DNA of 64,000 nucleotides. Source: a virus. Below, piece by piece: positions 19,608 through 31,600 of the stretch. Position 1 is the stretch's first letter; every line of letters begins with the position of its first letter. Location: IMG/VR virus record IMGVR_UViG_3300025543_005580, positions 32,001 to 96,000 of that record. One strand, 5' to 3'. The notes under the pieces were generated by a model. It did no database searches. It was given only the letters and a program-made list of their open reading frames with translations, and was not told where the DNA came from. The translations under genes and the position numbers were made by a program.

Positions 19608-22600
19608 TTAAATATTAATGTAAGCATTAATAACATACGAGTCACCACTTCCGCTTTCGAGAGCTTTTGCAAATACTACATCTTGTAAGTTTTCGTTAAT
19701 CATTTCTTCTCTCGTTATTGCTTTAGCATGTCCTACTTTATCTGAAGTAACAAGATAATCACCTTCTTTTACTATTCCAATTACAAGTACTGGTTCAGCA
19801 CCTTGAACAATTGGAATATTTTTATCAGGTACCATGACTCCCATTCTCATGTGATCTTTTTCGTTTGTACATGGAACTAAATCTCCATCTTTCCAAACCA
19901 TTACAGTACCTAATTCGTGATTATTATTATCTTCTTTATTATTACCTGCTAAGTTCTGTTCAAATATACCACAAGTATTAAATGCGATTGCCCAAACATC
20001 TCTCCAACATAAATCTGGTCTACCAATATCCCAAACTCTATCTTGTATTGGGTTCATATTACCATCCCAATTGAAATCTGGGGCTGTATAATTGGCAACT
20101 GTTAATCTATTTGGTCTACCTGCGTTGTAACTAACAATTTCACCGTTATTAGCTGTATTGCTCCAGTTAATAGCAATATCATTAGCATTAACAGTAATAC
20201 CTGTACCTGAACCTATGTTTAATGTTCTATCAGTTGATAACGCACCTCCACCAGTTAAACCTGAACCTGCGATAATTGACACGTAAGTACCGCTTGTACC
20301 CACATTACCTGATATACCACTAGTACCATCTATACCTGAAGTTCCTGATGTTCCTGAACCACCTGATACTCCACTAGCACCACCAACACCTGAGGTACCG
20401 TTTGAACCTGTTGAACCTGATGTTCCTGATAATCTACTTAATCCGCTTGTTCCAGCTACACCACTTGTACCAATTGTACCTGAAGAACCGCTAGTTCCAC
20501 TAGTAGCGCTTAATCCTGATAAACCAGCATTACCTGTTGTACCATTTGAACCTGTTGAACCACTAGTTCCAGATACTCTACTTAATCCATTTGTACCATT
20601 ATTACCTGTTGTACCATTTGAACCTGAACTACCTGATGTTCCAGATAATTTACTCAATCCATTTGTACCAGTATTACCTGAAGTACCATTTGAACCTGTT
20701 GATCCACTTGTTCCTGATGCTCTACTTAATCCATTTGTACCAGTATTACCTGAAGTACCTGATGAACCACTAGTACCTGAAGTTCTACTAGCACCTGAGG
20801 CACCATTGACACCTGATGTACCGTTTGAACCTGAACTACCTGAAGTACCTGATAATCTAGATAATCCATTACCACCATTAACACCTGAAGTACCATTTGA
20901 ACCACTTGATCCTGAAGTACCTGATACTCTAGATAATCCTGAAGTTCCAGCTACACCGCTTGTACCTATTGTACCTGAACTTCCTGAAGTTCCTGATGTA
21001 GCACTTAATGCTGATTGTCCTGCATTTCCAATAGTACCATTTGAACCTGATGAACCTGAAGTTCCTGAAGTTCCTGAAGTTCTACTAATACCTGAAGCAC
21101 CATTAACACCTGAGGTACCATTTGAACCACTTGATCCTGAAGTACCTGATACTCTACTTAATCCTGAAGTACCATTAACACCTGAAGTACCATTTGAACC
21201 TGTTGATCCACTTGCACCTGATGTTCTGCTTAATCCGGAAGTACCTGCAACTCCACTTGTACCAATTGTGCCTGATGAACCACTTGTTCCACTAGTAGCA
21301 CTTAATCCTGATAAACCAGCATTACCTGTTGTACCATTTGAACCTGTAGAACCTGATGTTCCAGAAGTTTTACTAGCACCTGAAACACCATTATTACCTG
21401 ATGTACCTGATGAACCACTTGTTCCTGAAGTTCTAGATATTCCGGAGGCACCATTATTACCATTTGTACCTGTTGAACCTGAAGAACCACTAGTTCCACT
21501 AGTTCTTGAAGCACCTGAAGCACCATTATTACCTGATGTACCTGAACTACCTGTTGAACCACTAGTTCCGGAAACATTACTTGTTCCGTTAGCACCTGCA
21601 TTTCCTGAAGTACCATTTGAACCTGTAGAACCACTAGTTCCGGAAACATTACTTGTTCCGTTAGCACCTGCGTTTCCTGAAGTACCATTTGAACCTGTAC
21701 TACCTGAAGTACCTGATACTCTAGATAATCCTGAAGTTCCAGCTACACCGCTTGTACCTATTGTACCTGAAGATCCTGAAGTACCACTTGTAGCGCTTAA
21801 TCCTGATAAACCAGCATTACCTGTTGTACCATTTGAACCTGATGAACCTGAAGTACCACTTGAACCTGAAGTTCTACTAATACCTGAAGCACCGTTAACA
21901 CCTGAGGTACCGTTTGAACCACTAGAACCACTTGTTCCAGAGAATCTACTTAATCCATTTGTACCATTATTACCTGTTGTACCATTTGAACCTGAACTAC
22001 CTGATGTTCCTGATAATCTACTTAATCCGTTTGTTCCAGCTACCCCACTTGTACCTATTGTACCTGAAGATCCTGATGTACCTGAAGTAGCACTTAAACC
22101 ACTTTGTCCTGCGTTTCCAGTAGTACCTGTTGAACCTGATGAACCTGATGTTCCAGAAGTTCTACTAGCACCTGAAGCACCATTAGTACCATTTGAACCA
22201 CTTGATCCTGAAGTACCTGATATATTACTTGTTCCGTTATTTCCAGCTACACCACTTGTACCATTTGAACCAGTTGAACCTGAAGTACCGGATACATTAC
22301 TTGTTCCATTAGCTCCTGCGTTTCCTGAGGTACCATTTGAACCTGTTGATCCAGAAGTTCCGGACAATGCACTTAATCCGTTTGTACCCGCAACTCCACT
22401 TGTACCTACTGTACCTGAAGATCCACTAGTTCCACTTGTAGCGCTTAATCCTGATTGTCCTGCATTACCTGTAGTACCGTTTGAACCGGTTGAACCTGAA
22501 GTACCTGATGTTTTACTTAATGCACTAGCTCCAGCATTTCCTGTTGTACCTGATGAACCTGATGAACCGCTTGTTCCTGATGTAGCACTTAATGCACTAG

Positions 22601-25600
22601 CACCTGCAACACCTGCGTTTCCTGATGTACCATTTGAACCTGTTGATCCGGAAGTACCTGAAGTCTTACTTAGTCCGGAAGTACCTGCTAATCCGCTTGT
22701 ACCAATTGTACCTGATGAACCACTAGTTCCTGATGTAGCACTTAATCCTGATAAACCAGCATTACCTGTTGTACCATTTGAACCTGTAGAACCTGATGTT
22801 CCAGAAGTACCACTTGTAGCACTTAGAGCACTTGCTCCTGCATTTCCTGCAGTACCGTTTGAACCAGTTGAACCTGAAGTTCCCGATGTTCCTGAAGTAG
22901 CACTTAGTGCTGAAGCACCTGCGTTTCCAGCTGTACCATTTGAACCAGTACTACCTGATGTACCTGAAGTACCTGCTGTAGCACTTAATCCTGAAGTACC
23001 TGCTACTCCTGAAGTACCTATTGTACCTGATGAACCTGAAGTTCCACTAGTAGCACTTAATCCTGATAAACCAGCATTACCTGTTGTACCATTTGAACCT
23101 GTAGAACCTGATGTTCCAGAAGTACCACTTGTAGCACTTAGAGCACTTGCTCCTGCATTTCCTGCAGTACCGTTTGAACCAGTTGAACCTGAAGTTCCCG
23201 ATGTTCCTGAAGTAGCACTTAGTGCTGAAGCACCTGCGTTTCCAGCTGTACCATTTGAACCAGTACTACCTGATGTACCTGAAGTACCTGCTGTAGCACT
23301 TAATCCTGAAGTACCTGCTACTCCTGAAGTACCTATTGTACCTGATGAACCTGAAGTTCCACTAGTAGCACTTAATCCTGATAAACCAGCATTACCTGAA
23401 GTACCATTTGAACCTGAAGAACCAGATGAACCAGATGAACCACTTGTTCCTGATGTAGCACTTAATGCGCTATCACCTGCGTTTCCAGCTGTACCATTTG
23501 AACCTGATGAACCGCTTGTTCCTGATGTATTACTTAATGCACTTGCACCTGCATCTCCGGCGGTACCTGATGAACCTGTACTACCTGATGTTCCACTTGT
23601 TTCACTATTACCTGAAGTTCCAGCTACACCTGATGTACCTACTGTACCTGAAGAACCACTAGTACCTGATGTAGCACTTAAACCACTTTGTCCTGAGTTT
23701 CCTGATGTACCGTTTGAACCAGTTGAACCTGAACTACCAGATGTACCTGAAGTAGCACTTAAGGCTGAAGCTCCTGCGTTTCCAGCAGTACCATTTGAAC
23801 CTGAACTTCCTGAAGTACCTGAAGTAGCACTTAGTGCTGAAGCTCCTGCATCTCCTGAAGTACCACTTGAACCTGTTGAACCTGATGTTCCACTTGTTTC
23901 GCTATTTCCTGAAGTACCTGCAACTCCACTTGTACCTATTGTACCTGAGCTTCCTGAAGTACCTGAAGTTGAACTTAATGCACTTTGTCCTGCATTTCCA
24001 GCAGTACCATTTGAGCCACTTGAACCACTAGTTCCTGATGTAGCACTTAATGCGCTAGCACCTGCATTTCCTGCTGTACCTGATGAACCTGTAGAACCAC
24101 TTGTTCCACTGGTGGCACTTAGAGCACTTACTCCTGCTTCACCTGCTGTACCTGATGAACCTGTACTACCTGATGAACCTGAAGTTCCTGAAGTTCCTGC
24201 AGATGCACTAGCACCTGAAGTACCTGCAACTCCACTTGTACCTACTGTACCTGAAGAACCACTAGTACCTGATGTAGCACTTAAACCACTTTGTCCTGCG
24301 TTTCCTGATGTACCATTTGAACCTGTACTACCTGATGAACCTGAAGTACCTGCTGATCCTGATGTTGCACTAGCACCTGAAGCACCTATACTACCGTTTG
24401 AACCTGTACTACCTGATGTACCTGAAGTACCTGATGTATTACTAATACCTGATTCACCTGCGTTACCAGACGTTCCTGTTGAACCTGTAGAACCTGATGT
24501 TCCTGAAGTTGAACTATTTCCTGATGTACCAGCAACTCCACTTGTACCAATTGTACCTGAAGAACCTGAAGTACCACTTGTAGCACTTAGTGCACTTTGT
24601 CCTGCATTTCCAGCAGTACCGTTTGAACCTGAACTACCAGATGTACCTGATGTTGCACTTAAAGCACTTGCACCAGCATCTCCAGCTGTACCTGAACTAC
24701 CAGATGAACCACTTGTTCCTGAAGTAGCACTTAAAGCTGAAGCACCTGCTTCACCTGCTGTACCATTTGAACCAGTTGAACCTGATGTACCTGAAGTACC
24801 TGCTGATCCTGATGTTGTACTATTACCGCTAGTACCAGCAACTCCACTAGTACCTACTGTACCTGAACTACCAGATGTACCTGATGTTGCGCTTAATCCT
24901 GATTGACCTGCATTACCTGAAGTACCATTTGAACCCGTTGATCCACTTGTTCCACTAGTTGCACTTAATGCACTAGCACCTGCATCTCCAGCAGTACCTG
25001 ATGAACCTGACGAACCTGAAGTACCTGAAGTAGCACTTAAAGCTGAAGCACCTGCGTCTCCTGCTGTACCTGTTGATCCTGATGAACCTGAAGTTCCTGA
25101 TGAACCTGAACTTGCACTATTTCCTGACGTACCTGCAACTCCTGAAGTACCAATTGTACCTGAAGATCCTGAAGTACCACTTGTAGCACTTAGTGCACTT
25201 TGTCCTGCATTACCTGAAGTACCATTTGAGCCACTTGAACCGCTTGTTCCGGATGTAGCACTTAATGCGCTAGCACCTGCATTTCCTGCTGTACCACTAG
25301 AACCAGTTGAACCTGATGTACCCGAAGTACCTGAAGTTGAACTTAATGCACTAGCACCTGCTTCACCTGCTGTACCATTTGAACCAGTTGAACCTGAAGT
25401 ACCTGAAGTACCTGAAGATCCTGATGAAGCACTGGCACCTGAAGTTCCAGCAACTCCACTAGTACCTACTGTACCTGAAGAACCGCTAGTTCCACTTGTA
25501 GCGCTTAATCCTGATTGACCAGCATTTCCATTTGTACCGTTTGATCCAGTACTACCTGATGATCCACTTGTACCACTAGTAGCACTTAAGGCTGAAGCTC

Positions 25601-28600
25601 CTGCTTCACCTGCTGTACCATTTGAACCTGAAGAACCACTTGTTCCACTAGTTGCACTTAGAGCACTTGCTCCTGCTTCACCTGAAGTACCTGAGCTACC
25701 CGTTGAACCACTAGTTCCTGATGTTTCGCTATTTCCTGAAGTACCTGCAACTCCACTTGTACCTATTGTACCTGAAGAACCTGAAGTACCTGAAGTAGCA
25801 CTTAAACCACTTTGACCATCATTACCTGTAGTACCGTTTGAACCACTTGAACCTGATGTTCCTGAGGTTGCACTTAGGGCTGAAGCACCTGCATCTCCAG
25901 CAGTACCTGAACTACCTGTTGAACCTGAGGTTCCGCTAGTAGCACTTAAAGCACTAGCACCTGCTTCACCTGCTGTACCATTTGAACCAGTTGAACCTGA
26001 AGTACCTGAAGTTCCTGAAGAACCTGAACTTGCACTATCTCCACTTGTTCCAGCTACACCTGATGTACCTATAGTACCTGATGAACCACTAGTTCCTGAA
26101 GTAGCACTTAATCCTGATTGTCCTGCATTACCTGAAGTACCATTTGAACCTGTACTACCTGAACTACCAGATGTACCTGAAGTTGCACTTAAGGCTGAAG
26201 CTCCGGCTTCACCTGCTGTACCACTTGAACCACTAGAACCACTTGTTCCAGATGTATTACTTAGAGCCGAAGCACCTGCATCTCCAGCAGTACCTGAACT
26301 ACCTGTTGAACCTGAGGTTCCACTTGTTTCGCTATTTCCTGAAGTACCTGCAACTCCACTTGTACCAATTGTACCTGAAGAACCTGAAGTACCCGATGTT
26401 GCACTTAGTGCTGATTGACCAGCATTCCCCGCCGTACCATTTGAACCAGATGAACCACTAGTTCCTGAAGTAGCACTTAAAGCACTTGCTCCTGCATCTC
26501 CTGCAGTACCTGAACTACCTGTTGAACCGCTTGTTCCACTTGTTTCACTATTACCTGAAGTTCCAGCTACACCTGATGTACCGTTTGTACCCGTACTACC
26601 TGATGAACCTGAAGTACCTGCTGATCCTGATGTTGCACTAGCACCTGAAGTGCCTGCTACTCCTGAAGTACCAATTGTACCTGAAGATCCTGAAGTTCCA
26701 CTTGTAGCACTTAGAGCACTTTGTCCTGCGTTTCCTGCTGTACCATTTGAACCACTAGATCCAGATGTACCTGATGTAGCACTTAAAGCTGAAGCACCTG
26801 CGTCTCCTGCTGTACCACTAGAACCTGTTGAACCTGAAGTACCTGAAGTAGCACTTAAAGCTGAAGCACCTGCTTCACCTGCTGTACCACTAGAACCAGT
26901 TGAACCTGAAGTTCCTGATGAACCTGAACTTGCACTATTTCCTGAAGTTCCAGCTACACCTGAGGTACCTACTGTACCTGAACTTCCTGAAGTTCCACTT
27001 GTAGCACTTAATGCGCTTTGTCCTGCGTTTCCTGCTGTACCATTTGAACCACTTGAACCACTTGAACCACTTGTTCCACTTGTAGCACTTTCAGCGGAAG
27101 CACCTGCTTCACCTGCTGTACCTGATGAACCACTTGAACCTGAAGTACCACTTGTAGCACTTAAAGCGCTTTCTCCAGCATCACCTGCTGTACCTGTTGA
27201 ACCTGATGAACCTGAAGTTCCTGATGAACCTGAACTTGCACTATTTCCTGACGTACCTGCAACTCCTGAAGTACCAATTGTACCTGAAGAACCGCTAGTT
27301 CCACTTGTATCACTTAAGCCACTTTCACCTGCATTACCTGATGTACCTGTTGAACCACTAGAACCCGAAGTACCACTTGTTGCACTATCTCCTGACTCAC
27401 CTGTTGTACCTGATGATCCTGTAGAACCACTTGTACCTGATTCTCCACTTGTAGCTGCAATTCCATTTTCTCCTGAAGTACCTGATGAACCTGTTGTTCC
27501 ACTAGTAGCACTAATTCCTGAAGTACCTGCAATTCCGTTTTCACCACTTGTACCTGATGAGCCTGTTGTACCTGAGGTGGCACTATCACCACTTGTTCCA
27601 GCTACACCGCTTGTACCTATTGTACCTGATGAACCACTAGTTCCACTCGTAGCACTTAGTGCACTTTGACCAGCATTACCTGCTGTACCATTTGAACCTG
27701 AAGAACCACTAGTTCCACTAGTAGCACTATCGGCTGAAGCACCTGCTTCACCTGCTGTACCACTTGAACCACTAGAACCACTTGTACCACTTGTCTCACT
27801 TAAGGCAGAAGCACCAGCTTCACCTGCTGTACCTGAACTACCTGTTGAACCGCTTGTTCCACTTGAACCACTTGTTTCACTATTTCCTGATGTACCTGCA
27901 ACTCCTGAAGTACCTATTGTACCTGATGAACCTGAAGTACCTGAAGTAGCGCTTAAACCACTTTCTCCAGCATTACCATTCGTTCCTGTTGAACCTGAAG
28001 AACCACTAGTTCCACTTGTTTCACTATTTCCTGATTGACCAGCACTACCTGAAGAACCTGTAGAACCTGAAGTTCCTGATTCTCCACTAGTTGCAGCAAC
28101 TCCATCAGCACCTGAAGTACCTGATGAACCTGTTGTTCCACTAGTAGCACTTATACCACTTGTTCCAGCAATTCCATCAGCACCTGCTGAACCTGAACTA
28201 CCTGTTGTACCTGAGGTGGCACTATCTCCACTTGTTCCAGCTACACCACTTGTACCTATTGTACCTGAAGATCCTGATGTACCTGAAGTAGCACTATTTC
28301 CTGATTGACCTGCGTTTCCAGCAGTACCATTTGAACCCGTTGATCCACTTGTACCACTTGTGGCACTTAAAGCGGAAGCGCCTGCATCTCCTGCTGTACC
28401 TGATGAACCTGAACTTCCTGAGGTACCTGAAGTAGCACTTAAAGCTGAAGCACCTGCGTCTCCTGCTGTACCTGAACTACCTGATGAACCTGAAGTTCCT
28501 GATGAACCTGATGAAGCACTAGCACCTGAAGTACCTGCAACTCCACTTGTACCTATTGTACCACTTGAACCAGCAGTACCTGAAGTAGCACTTAAACCAC

Positions 28601-31600
28601 TTTGTCCTGCGTTTCCAGCAGTTCCTGTTGAACCACTTGAACCTGAAGTACCACTTGTAGCACTATTTCCTGATTCTCCTACGGTACCGTTTGATCCTGT
28701 TGAACCACTTGTTCCTGATTCTCCACTTGTACCTGAAATTCCATCAGCTCCATTTGAACCTGATGAACCTGTTGTACCTGAAGTTGCACTTGCGCCACTT
28801 GTACCTGAAATTCCATCAGCTCCATTTGAACCTGATGAACCTGTTGTACCTGAAGTTGCACTTGCGCCACTTGTACCATTAATTCCGCTAGTACCTATTG
28901 TACCTGATGAACCGCTTGTTCCGGATGTAGCACTTAAACCACTTTGTCCTGCGTTTCCAGCAGTTCCTGTTGAACCACTTGAACCGCTTGAACCGCTTGT
29001 TCCACTAGTAGCACTATCGGCTGAAGCACCTGCGTCTCCTGCTGTACCTGATGAACCTGATGAACCACTTGTTCCTGATGTTGCACTATCTGCTGAAGCA
29101 CCTGCTTCACCTACTGTACCACTTGAACCTGTTGAACCACTTGTTCCTGATGTTGCACTATCTCCACTTGTACCTGCGACTCCTGAAGTACCTATTGTAC
29201 CTGAGCTACCTGAAGTACCTGAAGTAGCACTTAAACCACTTTGTCCTGCGTTTCCAGCAGTTCCTGTTGAACCACTTGAACCTGAAGTACCTGAAGTGGC
29301 ACTATTTCCTGATTGACCTGCAATTCCATTATCTCCTGAAGTACCACTTGAACCAGTTGTACCTGAAGTACCTGATTCACCTGAAGTTCCTGCAACTCCA
29401 TCAGCACCTGATGAACCTGAGCTACCTGTTGTTCCACTTGTAGCACTTTCACCACTTGTTCCAGCAATTCCATCAGCTCCGTTTGAACCTGATGAACCTG
29501 TTGTTCCACTAGTAGTACTTTCACCTGAAGTACCTGCTACACCTGAGGTACCTATTGTACCTGATGAACCACTAGTTCCTGAAGTTGCACTTTGAGCAGA
29601 TTGACCTGCGTTACCTGATGTACCAGTTGAACCACTAGTACCACTAGTTCCACTTGAAGCACTATCTCCTGAATTACCAGCAGTACCTGAACTACCTGTT
29701 GTACCTGAAGTACCTGATTCACCGCTAGTTGCTGCTATTCCATTTTCACCTGAAGTACCTGAAGAACCTGTTGTTCCTGAAGTACTTGATTCGCCACTTG
29801 TGCCTGCAACTCCATCAGCACCTGCTGAACCTGAACTACCTGTTGTACCTGAGGTGGCACTATCTCCACTTGTACCAGCAACTCCTGAAGTACCTATTGT
29901 ACCTGAAGAACCTGATGAACCGCTTGTAGCAGAAGCACCTGATTGACCTGCATTTCCTGAAGTACCTGAAGAACCATCTTCACCACTTGTACCTGAAGTA
30001 CCTGTAGCACCTGATTGCCCAGCGGCACCTGTTGTACCTGAAGATCCGTCAATACCACTTGTACCTGATGTACCATCAACTCCTGAAGTACCAACTGTAC
30101 CTGAAGCACCTGATGTTCCACTTGTTGCTGAAACACCTGACTGACCTGCATTTCCTGAAGTACCTGTAGAACCGGTTGAACCTGAAGTTCCTGAGGTAGA
30201 ACTTAAACCGCTTTCTCCAGCAATTCCATTATCCCCTGATGTACCTGAGCTACCTGTTGTACCTGATGTACCACTAAATCCACTAATTCCATCATTACCT
30301 GCTTCACCTGTTGTACCACTAGAACCAGTTGAACCTGAAGTACCTGATTCACCTGATGTACCTGATGTACCTGAATCTCCTGAAGTACCTGAAACTCCTG
30401 AAGTACCTATTGTACCACTTTCTCCAGACGTACCTGAAGTAGCTGTTAACCCTGATTGACCTGCATTTCCTGAAGTACCTGAAGAACCATCTTCACCACT
30501 TGTACCTGAAGTACCTGTAGCACCTGATTGTCCAGCGGCACCTGTTGAACCTGATGAACCATCTATACCACTAGTACCTGAGGTACCATCAACTCCACTT
30601 GTACCTATTGTACCTGAGTCTCCTGAAGTACCTGAAGTGGCACTATTTCCTGATTGACCTGCATTTCCTGAAGTACCTGAAGAACCATCTTCACCACTTG
30701 TACCTGAAGTTCCATCGGCTCCTGATTGTCCAGCAGCACCTGTTGTACCTGAAGATCCGTCAATACCACTTGTACCTGATGTACCTGCAACTCCTGAAGT
30801 ACCTATTGTACCTGAGTCTCCTGACGTACCTGAAGTACCTGCAACTCCGCTTTGTCCATCGGCACCATTTGTTCCTGATGTACCTGATTGTCCTGTTGTA
30901 CCTGAAGAACCAGCTTGTCCTGATGTACCTGATGTAGCTGCTACATATCCTAGTGTTCCTGTAATAGGATCGTATGTTACTACATTTACTATATCTTGTA
31001 CAGGTAAAGTATCTACATTAAAACTACCTGTTACTTCTAAACTACCTGAAATTATTGCTGAACCAGTATATGGGAAAGCTCCTATACCTGATGTACCTGA
31101 GGTAGCAGCAATTTGACCTGTAGTAGTAATTACATATGAGTAATGTGAAGTACCTTCAGTATAGAAAGTTGTATTTAGATTTTGGTTTTCGTTGTTTTTA
31201 ACCCAAATCTCAACCATCATACGATATGATGGATCAATAGTACTTCCTACTAATGTAATATCAGTTTCAAGTAATACTGGGGTTGTATTATTGTTATTCC
31301 ATCCTATTAGTGTGGGTTGAGAATTACCTAGGGTTTGTAATACGTTACCTGAACCGTCTGTAATTTTTAATGTAATAAATAATTCTACATCATCGTTTAT
31401 AGCTGGTTTAGTAGCCCATAATTTAAATTGTTGAACACCACCTGGGATTACATTAAATCCAAATGGAGTTGAAATATATGTTTGTAACTTAGTATCTGTG
31501 TTTTGAATAGCAGATACAGTAACTGATTGTTCGGCAGATACTGTTACATCTTTAGATAATTGTTTATAGGGTGATACTTCAACTACTGATTCATTAAAGT

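Noticed and set aside
20806-29316. Long plus-strand Pro/Glu/Val ORFs (1366, 339 and 318 aa) and similar ones at 33537-34621
   Set aside because: They are antisense shadows of the GGT-ACT-TCA codon repeats in the fibre genes, with no expression signals and against the uniform minus-strand polarity.
12400-30900. Tandem repeats as a possible CRISPR array or DGR template
   Set aside because: The repeats are in-frame coding units with no unique spacers, no cas or reverse transcriptase gene, and no adenine-specific variation.
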